Part shown: positions 31,041 through 40,610 of the stretch, piece after piece
Layout of the letters: every line of letters begins with the position of its first letter
Position numbering within the stretch: the first letter of the stretch is position 1
Origin: Myxococcota bacterium
GTDB taxonomy: Bacteria > Myxococcota_A > UBA9160 > PR03
NCBI GenBank assembly: GCA_041611735.1
Contig: JBFIML010000022.1
Location: 1 to 64,000 of the forward strand
DNA length: 64,000 nt
Direction of reading: 5' to 3'
The notes under the pieces: generated by a model
What the model saw: the letters and a program-made list of their open reading frames with translations, nothing else
What the model was told of the DNA's origin: nothing
Database searches by the model: none
Position numbers and translations under genes: made by a program

Positions 31041-31906
31041 ATCCCCTTCGCCACCACCTCGTCGCCGAAGCGGCGGATGCCGCTGCACTTGGCGGCGAGG
31101 TCGTCCAGGGCGGCCCCGTAGAAGGCCCAGGGCATGGTGTGCAGATGGGTCACGCCCGCCGCCTCGAGCCGGCGGTAGCCGTCCAGGTCGAAGGCGTCGC
31201 GGGCCGCGGCGATCACCTGGAAGGGCTGGCCGGCCCGCTCCGAGTCGGCCCGCAGCGCGTGCAGCTTGGCCACCAGGCCCCGCAGCTGCTCGGTCGCGTG
31301 CAGGTCCGAGATCCAGCCGTCGCAACGGGTGGCGGCCCGCCGCAAGGCCGCCTCCGAGAGGCCGCCCGCATAGATGGGGATCGCGCGCTGCGGGGCGGGG
31401 CTCATCTCGAGCCGGTCGAAGGCGTAGAAGCGCCCTCGATGCTCCACCATGCCTCCGGCCCACAGCTTGCGCAGCACCTCGAGCATCTCGTCCAGGCGCC
31501 GGCCGCGGTCGTGGAAGGACTGGCCCAGGAGCTCGAACTCCTGCTTCATCCAGCCGGCTCCCACGCCGAGCTCGACCCGGTCGCCCGAGAGCACCGCGGC
31601 GGTGGCCACCGCCTTGGCAACCAGGAAGGGGTTGCGCATCGGGAGCACGTAGACGCAGGTCACGAAGCGCAGGCGCTCGGTCAGCGCCGCCATGGCTCCG
31701 ATCGCCACCCACGGGTCGGGCCACGGCGTGAACGCCGGCCAGCGCGGCCGGCCGTCCTGCGTGTACGGATACGGACTCGTGATGCGCTCCGGATGGACCA
31801 CGTGGTCCGAGAGCGACACGGCGTCGATCCCCGCGGACTCGCAGGCCCGGGCCAGGGGGACGAAGTGCTGCGGCGGACTGAAGGCGAGGGAGGCCACGAA
31901 CTTCAC
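31037..31906 (-). CDS. LLM-class, probably F420-dependent oxidoreductase
   Basis: SDHVV, YPYTQDG, DPWV, LTERLRFVT and IPIYAGG motifs; paralog of 25574-26440. Confidence 0.9.
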   Translation of the reverse strand: MKFVASLAFSPPQHFVPLARACESAGIDAVSLSDHVVHPERITSPYPYTQDGRPRWPAFTPWPDPWVAIGAMAALTERLRFVTCVYVLPMRNPFLVAKAVATAAVLSGDRVELGVGAGWMKQEFELLGQSFHDRGRRLDEMLEVLRKLWAGGMVEHRGRFYAFDRLEMSPAPQRAIPIYAGGLSEAALRRAATRCDGWISDLHATEQLRGLVAKLHALRADSERAGQPFQVIAAARDAFDLDGYRRLEAAGVTHLHTMPWAFYGAALDDLAAKCSGIRRFGDEVVAKGI

Positions 31907-32023
31907 GCCCCCGGGTGTATCGGCGCGTGCGAGCCGGGTCAAGCATCGCACCCCGGGGGCGGCATTGATCCGGCGCGGCCCTGCGCGCTATCCGAGCCTC
32001 CACACCCGACGAGGCTCGAGCCC

Positions 32024-33376
32024 GTGGACGCCCTTCCGGAACGCGATCCGACCGTCCTGCGCCGCGACCTGCGCGCCATGCTCGGCGACGGCATCGCGTT
32101 CAGCGTGATGGTCGGGATCGGCGAGACCTACATCCCGGCCTTCGCGCTGGCCGCGGGCATGGGCGACGTGGTGGCCGGGCTGGTGACCACGATCCCCATG
32201 CTGATCGGCGCCGTCTTCCAGCTGGTGAGCCCCGCCATGGTGCGGCGCCTGGACTCCCACCGGCGCTGGGTCGTCTTCTGCGCCGGGGCGCAGGCGGCGA
32301 GCTTCGTGCCGCTGATCCTGGCGGCGCTCCTGGGCCGGCTCTCGCTCCCCGTACTCTTCGCCAGCGCCACCGCCTACTGGGCGTTCGGCATGTCCACGGG
32401 CCCCGCCTGGAACACCTGGGCCGGGACGCTCGTCCCGCCGGGTCTGCGCGCCCGCTTCTTCGCCGGGCGGGCGCGTTGGGCCCACGCCGCGGTCTTCGTG
32501 GGGCTCGTCTCGGGCGGCGCCCTGCTCCAGAGCGGCGCACGCGACGAGTGGCCGCTGCTCGTCTTTGCGGGGCTCTTCGCCCTCGCCGCGGCGGCCCGCG
32601 TCCTCTCGGCGCGCTTCCTGGCCCGCCAGAGCGAGCCGCGCCCCATCCCGCGCGGAGACCTGCGCGTGTCCCCGCGCGCCTTCGCCACGCACCTGCGCGG
32701 GCACGGTCACGGACGTCTGCTGGCCTTCATGCTGGCGCTCATGCTCGCCACCCACGTGGCGGCGCCCTTCTTCACGCCCTACATGCTCGGCCCCCTGGGC
32801 CTGTCCTACGGGTGGTTCACGGCCTTCACCGCGGCGGCCTTCGCGGCGCGTGTGCTGGTGCTGCCGGCCCTCGGACGCATCGCCATGCGCGCCGGCAGCC
32901 GGCGGCTGCTGTGGATCGGTGCCGTCGGCGTGGTGCCGTTACCCGCCCTGTGGCTGGTCTCGGACCACGTCGGCTATCTGCTCGTGCTCCAGATGGTGGC
33001 CGGCATCTTCTGGGCGGCCTTCGAGCTCGCCACGCTGCTCGGCTTCTTCGAGAGCATCCCCGCGCAGCACCGCACCAGCGTGCTGTCCATGTTCAATCTG
33101 GCCAACGCCCTGGCCATCGTGGCAGGAAGCCTGCTGGGGGCCGGGGTGTTCCGCCTGTTCGACGGGGCTCCGGCCGCCTTCGCCGGGCTCTTCCTCGTCT
33201 CCAGCGCGGCGCGCCTGCTCACCATGCCGCTGCTGCGGCGGGCGGCGGCGGTCCTCCCGCCGCCCCCGCTGCCGCCGCCGCTGCGCACGCTGGCGGTGCG
33301 CCCGTCCGAGGGTGCCGTGGAGCGGCCCGTCCTGGCCGGGCTGCGCGACGACCGCTACACGAGTTCGGACGGCTGA
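32024..33376 (+). CDS. MFS transporter
   Basis: About 12 hydrophobic segments; DG..FSVMVGIGETY; APFFTPYML. Confidence 0.85.
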   Translation: MDALPERDPTVLRRDLRAMLGDGIAFSVMVGIGETYIPAFALAAGMGDVVAGLVTTIPMLIGAVFQLVSPAMVRRLDSHRRWVVFCAGAQAASFVPLILAALLGRLSLPVLFASATAYWAFGMSTGPAWNTWAGTLVPPGLRARFFAGRARWAHAAVFVGLVSGGALLQSGARDEWPLLVFAGLFALAAAARVLSARFLARQSEPRPIPRGDLRVSPRAFATHLRGHGHGRLLAFMLALMLATHVAAPFFTPYMLGPLGLSYGWFTAFTAAAFAARVLVLPALGRIAMRAGSRRLLWIGAVGVVPLPALWLVSDHVGYLLVLQMVAGIFWAAFELATLLGFFESIPAQHRTSVLSMFNLANALAIVAGSLLGAGVFRLFDGAPAAFAGLFLVSSAARLLTMPLLRRAAAVLPPPPLPPPLRTLAVRPSEGAVERPVLAGLRDDRYTSSDG

Positions 33377-33955
33377 CCGAAGCGGCTGCCGAAGACGAAC
33401 TCGGCCAGCGGCTTGCGCTCGCGAGGCGCCCGGTCGCGCCCGCGCAGGGCCTCCGGCAGGCGCTCGGGGCCGCCCCGGTACCCGATGGCCAGGGCCGTCA
33501 GGGCCTCGGAATCCTCCGGGATGGCCAGCAGCTCGCGGGCCCGCTCCGGCAGGATGCCGATCATCTGGTGCACCCAGAGCCCGCGGGCGGTGGCCTCCAG
33601 CAGCAGGTTCCCGGCGGCCAGGCCGAGATCGTCTCCGCCGCCCGGTTCGGCCTGCCGTTGCGCTGGAAGCGGTGGGTCACCACCCCGAGCGCCAGCACCG
33701 GGGCGTGCCGGGCCCAGACCTGGTTGCCCTCCGTCGGCACCCGAGCAGCCGCTCGAACTCCTCGGGGCGCTCCCGCAGCGCCACCACGTAGCTCCAGGGT
33801 TGCTCGTTGTAGGACGACGGGGCCCAGCGTGCGGCCTCGAAGAGGGCGCGCAGGTCTTCGGGCGGCACCGGCCGCGGGTCGAAGGCGTACGGGCTCCAGC
33901 GCCGGACCAGCAGCTCGTGCACCGGGTGATCGGGGCGGGCTCGCTTCGGGTCCAT
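33355..33955 (-). pseudogene. Nitroreductase family gene with two single-base deletions (pseudogene or sequencing errors)
   Basis: RRWSPYAF..ARWAPSSYNEQPW, then TEGNQVWARHAP, then DLGLAAGNLLLEATARGL..HQM lie in three successive frames. Breaks at about 33736 and 33633. Confidence 0.85.
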
Positions 33956-34040
33956 GCCATTCCTCCGCGGCTCGGATCGCCACCATGCTGCCGGAACCGT
34001 GCGGTCTGCCAAGCCCCGGCCGCCGTGGCATGCTCCCGGC

Positions 34041-35327
34041 GTGCGAACTCCGGTGCTGCGCATGCTCCAGAAGCTGATCGCCCTCGGCTGGCCGGTGCGG
34101 ATCCTGGCCCCCCTGCTCGGCCGCTTCGTCCCCTGGCATCCCGAGCACCGGCGCGATCCCTACCCGACCTACCGCCGCCTGCGCGAGACCGCCCCGGTCC
34201 ATCGCACCCGCTACCGCGTCTGGGTGGTGAGCCGCTACGACGACGTGGCCGCGATCCTGCGCGACCGGCGCTTCACGGCCGACCGCAGCGACGTCGCCCT
34301 GGTGCGTTGGCTGCGCCGCTTCGCGCGCCTGGACCCGGAGTTCCTGCAGCTGGTGGACCACAATCTGCTCAACCTGGACGGCGCCAAGCACGCGCGTCTG
34401 CGCGGGCTCGTGAACAAGGCCTTCACGCCGCGGCGCGTGGAGGCGCTGCGACCCCGGGTGCAGGCCCTGGTGGACGAGCTCCTGGACCGGGTGGCTCCCA
34501 CCGGGGAAATGGAGGTCGTCCGCGACCTGGCGCACCCGCTCCCGGTGGCGGTGATCGCCGAGATGCTGGGCGTTCCTCTGGCGGACCGCGAGAAGTTCCG
34601 CCACTGGTCCGAAGACCTGGTGCAGGTGCTCGATCCCCTCTCCGGGCGCGACGGTCTGCGTCCCACGGTGGCTGCCACCCACGCCCTCTTCGCCTACTTC
34701 CGCGAGCTGCTCGCCGAGCGTCGGGCTCGGCCCCGGGACGACCTGCTCTCGGCCCTGATCGCTGCCGAGGATGCCGGCCGCACCCTCGAGGAGGGCGAGC
34801 TGCTCTCCCTGGCGGCGCTGCTCCTCGCCGCCGGCCACGAGACCACCACGAACCTGATCGGGAACGCGCTGCTGGCCCTGCTGGCCCACCCGGGCGAGCG
34901 CAAGCGCCTGGCCGACGACGCGGCTCTGGCCGAGAGCGCCGTGGAGGAGCTGCTGCGCTGGGACGGTCCGGTGCAGCTCACCGAGCGCGTGGTGGCCGAG
35001 GACCTGGAATTCGCCGGACGGCGCATGCGGCGCGGGCAGCTCGTCTGGCTGCTGCTGGCCAGCGCCAACCGCGACCCGGCCGCCTTCCCGGAGCCCGACC
35101 GCCTGGACCTCGGGCGCCGCGACAACCGTCACCTGGCCTTCGGTCAGGGCGCCCACTTCTGTCTCGGGGCGCCGCTCGCGCGCCTGGAGGCACAGATCGC
35201 CCTGGGCACCCTGGTGCGCCGCTTCCCGGACCTGGACGGGCCGCTCGAGCCGCCGGGCTGGAAGCCGTCGGCGGTGCTGCGCGGGCCCACGGCGCTGCCC
35301 CTCGTGCTCGGCGCGCCCCGCTCCTAG
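34041..35327 (+). CDS. Cytochrome P450
   Basis: AGHETT, EELLR, FGQGAHFCLG; hydrophobic N-terminal extension. Confidence 0.95.
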   Translation: MRTPVLRMLQKLIALGWPVRILAPLLGRFVPWHPEHRRDPYPTYRRLRETAPVHRTRYRVWVVSRYDDVAAILRDRRFTADRSDVALVRWLRRFARLDPEFLQLVDHNLLNLDGAKHARLRGLVNKAFTPRRVEALRPRVQALVDELLDRVAPTGEMEVVRDLAHPLPVAVIAEMLGVPLADREKFRHWSEDLVQVLDPLSGRDGLRPTVAATHALFAYFRELLAERRARPRDDLLSALIAAEDAGRTLEEGELLSLAALLLAAGHETTTNLIGNALLALLAHPGERKRLADDAALAESAVEELLRWDGPVQLTERVVAEDLEFAGRRMRRGQLVWLLLASANRDPAAFPEPDRLDLGRRDNRHLAFGQGAHFCLGAPLARLEAQIALGTLVRRFPDLDGPLEPPGWKPSAVLRGPTALPLVLGAPRS

Positions 35328-35969
35328 CTAGGGCTCCGTGCGGGCGCGGGCCTCGATGGCCCGGTAGGTGGCCGGCAGCTGGCGCTGCTGGGCGGCCCGC
35401 AGCACGAAGTCCGGCAGCATCTGCTTCGGGTGCGCGTCGATCTGGTAGACGAGCAGCGAGCGGCGTCCCTCCGCGTCCCAGGGCAGTACCGTCCAGGAGC
35501 CCTGGTTGCGCGCGTAGTCCCCGCCGAGCAGGGACCAGCGGCGCCGGAAGCCTCCCTCCGGCAGCCGCTCGTACCGCGTGCGCACCTCGCTGTGCACGTC
35601 CGCCAGCGGGAAGGGAAGGTCCATCACCAGGTAGCAGGTGGCGGCGCCGTCGGGCGCCCGCCTCCGCTCGCTGTGTTTCGTGCGCGGCATGAACTCCGCG
35701 AAGCGGTGGCAGTCGCGCACCACGGGCCAGACCCGCGCCGGAGGCGCCTCGACCAGACCGAGGGCCCGCAGGGCGATCCCCTGGCCGCCGGTCGGCTCGA
35801 GCGGCTCGAGCACGAGCCCCCCCTCCGCCAGACGCGCCCGCTCGGCCGCACCCAGCTCGACGGGCTCCGGCGCGCCCGGCACGAAGGCGTCGCCCCACGC
35901 CACGCTCGCCAGCAGCCCGAGGGCCGCGCCGAGCCAGGAGGCCGCCCGTCCCGTCCGCATCCCCGTCAT
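35328..35969 (-). CDS. Exported SRPBCC/START (polyketide cyclase-like) protein
   Basis: Signal peptide; APPARVWPVVRD..FAEFMP, GSW motifs. ATGA overlap with the channel gene. Confidence 0.7.
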   Translation of the reverse strand: MTGMRTGRAASWLGAALGLLASVAWGDAFVPGAPEPVELGAAERARLAEGGLVLEPLEPTGGQGIALRALGLVEAPPARVWPVVRDCHRFAEFMPRTKHSERRRAPDGAATCYLVMDLPFPLADVHSEVRTRYERLPEGGFRRRWSLLGGDYARNQGSWTVLPWDAEGRRSLLVYQIDAHPKQMLPDFVLRAAQQRQLPATYRAIEARARTEP

Positions 35970-36805
35970 TCCCCCGTCAGCGGGGCGCCGCAGTCCTTGC
36001 AGTAGCGCGCCTTCGGGTCGTGGCCCTCGGTCAGGCAGGCGGGGCAGGTGCGCGTGGAGACGGGCCGCCGCCACTGGGCCACGATCTCGGCCGTGAAGAT
36101 CCCCGTCGGCACGGCGATGATGCTGTAGCCGAGGATCATGATCCCCGCCGCCAGGATCTGGCCCGGGAGGGTCTGCGGCGTGATGTCGCCGTAGCCCACC
36201 GTGGTCATGGTCACGATGGCCCAGTAGACCGAGCGCGGGATGCTCGTGAAGCCATGCGTCGGTCCCTCCACCAGGTGCATGGCGGAGCCCAGGATGAGCG
36301 CCAGTACCAGCAGCGTGCCCAGGAACACCAGCACCTTGCGCCGCCCGGAGCGCAGCGCCGAGAGCAGCAGGTTGGCGTCGCCCAGGAAGTGGCTGAGCTT
36401 GAGCACCCGGAAGATGCGCAGCAGCCGCAGGGCGCGGATCGTGAGCAGCGACTGGGAGCCGGGCAGCACCAGGCTCAGGTAGGTGGGCAGGATCGCCAGC
36501 AGGTCCACCACGCCGAAGAAGCTGCGCGCATAGCGGAACGGCTCCCGCACGCACCACAGACGCACTCCGTACTCCACCGTGAAGAGCGCCGTCACCACCC
36601 ACTCGGTGGCCCGCAGCCAGGGGCCGTGGGCCGCCCGCACCGCAGCCACGCTCTCCATCATGACGGCGATCACGCTGCCCAGGATCAGCGAGAACAGCGC
36701 CACGTCGAAGGCGCGGCCGGCGGGGGTGTCCGCCTCGAAGATCACGATGCGCGTGCGCTCGCGCAGGCTCGGGCGGGTCTCCACCGGCTCGAGCTCAGCT
36801 ACCAC
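35966..36805 (-). CDS. Voltage-gated-type potassium channel (ion transporter)
   Basis: S4-like IRALRLLRIFRVLKL; filter TMTTVGYGD; C-terminal CPAC..CKDCG. Confidence 0.92.
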   Translation of the reverse strand: MVAELEPVETRPSLRERTRIVIFEADTPAGRAFDVALFSLILGSVIAVMMESVAAVRAAHGPWLRATEWVVTALFTVEYGVRLWCVREPFRYARSFFGVVDLLAILPTYLSLVLPGSQSLLTIRALRLLRIFRVLKLSHFLGDANLLLSALRSGRRKVLVFLGTLLVLALILGSAMHLVEGPTHGFTSIPRSVYWAIVTMTTVGYGDITPQTLPGQILAAGIMILGYSIIAVPTGIFTAEIVAQWRRPVSTRTCPACLTEGHDPKARYCKDCGAPLTGE

Positions 36806-37857
36806 CGGCGCGTCTCTCCCACCGCGAGCAGCCACAGGCGCTCGGGGCCCAGGCCCGCGGCGGCGCCCGCGGCCCGGAAGCGGGCCGGCGGCTCGTCCAG
36901 GGGCTCGTCCGAGAGGTCGAAGGTCCCGAAGTGGACGCCGAGCAGGTGCCGGGCGCCCAGGGCGATCCCCGCCCGCACCGCCTGCTCCGGATCCAGATGG
37001 AAGGGGCGCATCATGGCCTGGGGCTCGTAGGCGCCGATGGGGAGCGCCGCGACATCGAAGGGGCCGTGCGCCGCCGCGATGCGGGCGAAGCCGTCGAACC
37101 AGCCCGTGTCGCCGCCGAAGTAGAAGCGGCGTTCCGGGCCCGTCACCGCCCAGCTGGCCCACAGCGTGCGCCGCTCGTCGCGCAGGCCCCGACGGCTCCA
37201 GTGCTGGGCCGGCAGGCAGTGCACGGCGACGGCGCCGCCCGCCGGTCGGGACTCGCCCCAGTCGAGCTCCACGACGTTTGCGATGCCGGCGTCGCGCAGG
37301 CGCTCGGCATTGCCCAGCGGCACGAAGAAGCGCGTCTCGGCGCGCCGTTCGGCGAGGCGGCGCAGGCTGCCCAGGTCCAGGTGGTCGTAGTGGTCGTGGG
37401 AGACCAGCACGAAGTCCACCGGGGGCAGCGCCTCCAGGGCGATCCCCGGCGGCACGAAGCGACGCGGGCCGGCGAAGGGCAGGGGGCTCGCCGTGGCCGA
37501 CCAGATGGGATCCGTCAGGAAGGTCACGTGATCCATCTGCACGAGGAGGGTCGCGTGGCCCACCCAGCTCAGGGCCGGGACGCTGTGGACGGCGTTCTCG
37601 CGCAGGAAGGCCCCGTCGTTCGCAACCCGCGCCGGCGCCCCGGCCGCGCTCCGAAAGGCCCCGAAGGCCCGGCGCACGAAGAAGGGGAGCGTGACGCTCG
37701 GGCCGGCCCGGGGCAGCGGGCCGGCGCCGTTCTCGAAGCGGCCGTCGGCGTCCCGGGGCGCCGGCCCCAGCCCGGTGTCGGGCCCGGCGCCGACGCCCGT
37801 GGGCAGCAGCAGTCCGGCGGCGAGCAGGAGCCCGCGCGAGGCAGTCCGGCGCGGCAT
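36799..37857 (-). CDS. MBL-fold metallohydrolase (NAPE-PLD/RomA-like)
   Basis: WVGHAT, LTDPIW, SHDHYDHLD, PAQHWS, GDT, LPIGAY and HFGTF motifs. Confidence 0.92.
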   Translation of the reverse strand: MPRRTASRGLLLAAGLLLPTGVGAGPDTGLGPAPRDADGRFENGAGPLPRAGPSVTLPFFVRRAFGAFRSAAGAPARVANDGAFLRENAVHSVPALSWVGHATLLVQMDHVTFLTDPIWSATASPLPFAGPRRFVPPGIALEALPPVDFVLVSHDHYDHLDLGSLRRLAERRAETRFFVPLGNAERLRDAGIANVVELDWGESRPAGGAVAVHCLPAQHWSRRGLRDERRTLWASWAVTGPERRFYFGGDTGWFDGFARIAAAHGPFDVAALPIGAYEPQAMMRPFHLDPEQAVRAGIALGARHLLGVHFGTFDLSDEPLDEPPARFRAAGAAAGLGPERLWLLAVGETRRW

Positions 37858-37904
37858 GGCGCCAGGGTAGCGAGGCGGAGCGCCGCGGCCCCGAGGGCCG
37901 GGGC

Positions 37905-39899
37905 TCAGCGCTTCAGGGCGTCGAACTTCTCCCGGATCACCCCGAACAGGCGTTCGAAGCGCTCGCGGCTCGCATCGGGAAGCAGCGGGTCGGGATTCTG
38001 GGCAGCTCCGCGCAGGATCAGGCGCGCGGGCCGCACCCGCGAGAACTCGAGCCCGAGGCCCGCGAAGGCCTGCTCGTAGCGCTTCACCGCGCGACCGATG
38101 GAGGGGTCCGGCTCGAGGGTCCGGTCCTTGAGCTCGCGGCGGTAGCTGAAGCGCACGAAGCGGTCGTACATCTCGGCATCGAGCAGGTCCTCCACGTCGG
38201 CGCCCTCGGCGGGCGCCTCGGCAAAGGCCGCGCTCACGAAGACCAGGTTCTCGTGCCCCACGAGCCGCGACGCCACCTCGCCGCCGTGGGCCCCACCCAC
38301 GCCGTGGTCCTCGGACAGCAGCACCAGGGTGCGGGAGCGCGCGTCGGTGAGCAGCGCCACCAGGTACGGGATGCGTGCGGCGCCGCCCGCAGGCGTGATC
38401 TCGAGTTCCTTGGGCAGCCCGCGGGCGTTCTGCTCCGCCAGGTGGTCCGACACCATGCGCAGGTACCAGAAGTCGGTGACCTCCCCCACCACGAGCTGGG
38501 GCCCGTCCGAGAACAGGTTGCGGGCCACCTCGCTGCCGAGGGCGTGGATCACCGGGAAGAGCGTGGCCGCGTCGCCCGCGGGCTCGGCGTGGACCCGCGT
38601 GCCCTCATCCTCGTGGATGGTCACGGTGCGCACGCAGGTCAGTTCTTCGGTCGGCACCAGGAAGGGCGACTGGGTCGCCAGCAGCATCTGGTTCTCGAAG
38701 CCCGCCAGGTGGTCCAGCAGGTCGCGCTGGCCCACGGCATGCAGGTGGATGCCCGGCTCGTCGAGCAGCAGCACGGCGCCCTGGGTCGAGCCCGTCTTGG
38801 CGCCGGCGGCGAACATCACGTAGAAGGAGAAGAACCAGCGGAAGCCGCGGCTGCGCTGGTTCAGGTTCACCTCCACGTCGCAGTACGCGGTGGGATCCGA
38901 GACCAGCGTGTTGAAGTGCTCGCCGTCCAGGTTGAAGCGCACCTTGAGGGGCCGGTCGCTCCACAGCTCCCGCAGCCGGCGCGTCAGCACCGCACCGGCG
39001 CGGCTGGTCACCTGGCGGCGGGTCTCGGGGTCGGCGCCCAGCAGCTCCTCCAGGGAGGCCGGGTCGATGCCCCCCACCGTGAGGAGCATCTCGAAGTACT
39101 CGTCGCCGTCCTCGCGGATGCGGTCGCGCTGGCGCATCACGAAGTCGGCCAGGTTCTGCTCGCCGTTGATCTCCGGGTACTGGTCCAGGTAGAGGAAGCG
39201 CGGCAGCCGGGCCAGCACCCAGTCGCGGGCGGCCTTCTCGTACTCCGAGGCGTTGGCGATCTGGGCGGCCAGGTCCGCCAGCTCCTCGAGGGCGGCCCGG
39301 GCCTCGCTGGGAAGCGGGACCTGGCCGAGCTGGAGCGGCTGCTGGAGGCCGCCCAGGGCATCGGTCACCTGGGCGGCCCACTCGCGCGGGCCCCCGTCGC
39401 CATGGCCCGTGGCCTGCTCCAGGGCGTCCAGGGCGAGCCGCCAGGCGGGATCACCCGAGGCGCTGATCTCGTTGGAGGCCTCCGTGATGCGCGTGAACAG
39501 CTCCCGGGCCTCCTCCAGCGGCGCCCGAGCGGGCGGGAGCTCCTGGAAGCGCACGCGTCGCTCCGGCGCGTAGCCCCGGGAGACCTCCACGTGGGTCACC
39601 TCGCCGGCGCGCGGGAAGACGTCGGCCAGCCCCGCGCGCTCCTCGTCCGAGAGCGCCCACACGGTGGTGACCACGTCCTGGTCGTCCGAGTGGTCGGTGC
39701 GCGCCAGGTCGGCCGGGAAGTCCCGGGAGACGGAGATCGGCTGCTTGGCCTGGGAAGCGTCCAGTGTGCGCAGGGCCATCAGCAGGTTGGTCTTGCCGCT
39801 CTCGTTGCGGCCGACCAGGACGCTGCGTGCCCCCACCTCGATCCACCCGCTGTCCTTCACGCTCCGATAGCGGGTGACCCGGAACCTCTCGAGCCTCAT
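37905..39899 (-). CDS. OLD-family-like ABC ATPase with degenerate TOPRIM-like C-terminus
   Basis: GRNESGKT (Walker A), RSRGFRWFFSF (signature), LLLDEPGIHLH (Walker B); C-terminal VVGEVTDFWYL and DVEDLL. Confidence 0.8.
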   Translation of the reverse strand: MRLERFRVTRYRSVKDSGWIEVGARSVLVGRNESGKTNLLMALRTLDASQAKQPISVSRDFPADLARTDHSDDQDVVTTVWALSDEERAGLADVFPRAGEVTHVEVSRGYAPERRVRFQELPPARAPLEEARELFTRITEASNEISASGDPAWRLALDALEQATGHGDGGPREWAAQVTDALGGLQQPLQLGQVPLPSEARAALEELADLAAQIANASEYEKAARDWVLARLPRFLYLDQYPEINGEQNLADFVMRQRDRIREDGDEYFEMLLTVGGIDPASLEELLGADPETRRQVTSRAGAVLTRRLRELWSDRPLKVRFNLDGEHFNTLVSDPTAYCDVEVNLNQRSRGFRWFFSFYVMFAAGAKTGSTQGAVLLLDEPGIHLHAVGQRDLLDHLAGFENQMLLATQSPFLVPTEELTCVRTVTIHEDEGTRVHAEPAGDAATLFPVIHALGSEVARNLFSDGPQLVVGEVTDFWYLRMVSDHLAEQNARGLPKELEITPAGGAARIPYLVALLTDARSRTLVLLSEDHGVGGAHGGEVASRLVGHENLVFVSAAFAEAPAEGADVEDLLDAEMYDRFVRFSYRRELKDRTLEPDPSIGRAVKRYEQAFAGLGLEFSRVRPARLILRGAAQNPDPLLPDASRERFERLFGVIREKFDALKR

Positions 39900-40019
39900 G
39901 CCGGTCCCTCCTCGACCCCCAACGGTTCGGCCGGAGCGGGGCTCGGGTTGAGGCGGGAGACGCCCGGCCCGGGGAAGATCCTCGTGGGCATCTCCGGGAA
40001 TCCGTGCCAGGATCGGGAC

Positions 40020-40610
40020 ATGGGGCCTCTCGGCCACGGCTGGCGACGCGCGGGCGGCGCCTGGGTCCTGCTGCTGGCGGCCCTGGCCCTGCCGGCCCGC
40101 GCCGGGGAGCCGCCGCTTTCCGGAGCCTTCGCGAGCCGCTATCGGGCCATCCCGGAGCCGGAGCTCGTGCCGGACTACGCCTTCCAGGAGGGTGGGGGCC
40201 GCGAGTGGGGGATGGTCGAGTTCCGAGGCCGGGTGGTGGTGGCCATGTTCTGGGCCACCTGGTGCCCGGTCTGCGGCCGCGAGGTGCCCAAGCTCGACCG
40301 GCTCCAGGCCCGGCTCGGCCAGGAGGGGCTGGTGGTGATCGCGCTCGCCCAGGACCGGGGCGGCCCCGAGCTCGTCGAGCGCTGGTTCGCGGAGCGCGGC
40401 GTACGCCATCTGCGCGTCTTCCACGACCCCGGCTCGATCCTGGCCCGCACGGTAGGGATCCGGGGCCTCCCCACCACCTTCGTGATCGACAAGGCGGGCC
40501 GCATGGTGGGCGTCATCGAGGGTCCCGGCGCCTGGGACTCGCCGGAGGCGGCGGCGCTGCTGCGCCACTATCTAGCCGCACCCGACCCAGGGGCCTCGCG
40601 GGCGCCCTAG
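40020..40610 (+). CDS. TlpA/ResA-family disulfide reductase
   Basis: Signal/TM segment; FWATWCPVC; GLPTTFVID. Confidence 0.92.
   Translation: MGPLGHGWRRAGGAWVLLLAALALPARAGEPPLSGAFASRYRAIPEPELVPDYAFQEGGGREWGMVEFRGRVVVAMFWATWCPVCGREVPKLDRLQARLGQEGLVVIALAQDRGGPELVERWFAERGVRHLRVFHDPGSILARTVGIRGLPTTFVIDKAGRMVGVIEGPGAWDSPEAAALLRHYLAAPDPGASRAP

Noticed and set aside
33630-33740. Programmed ribosomal frameshifting in the nitroreductase
   Set aside because: Two separate shifts would be needed, with no slippery sequence or stimulatory structure evident.
37905-39899. Gabija or retron defence system
   Set aside because: No helicase, RT or ncRNA partner adjacent, and catalytic motifs are degenerate. 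Reported as an orphan instead.
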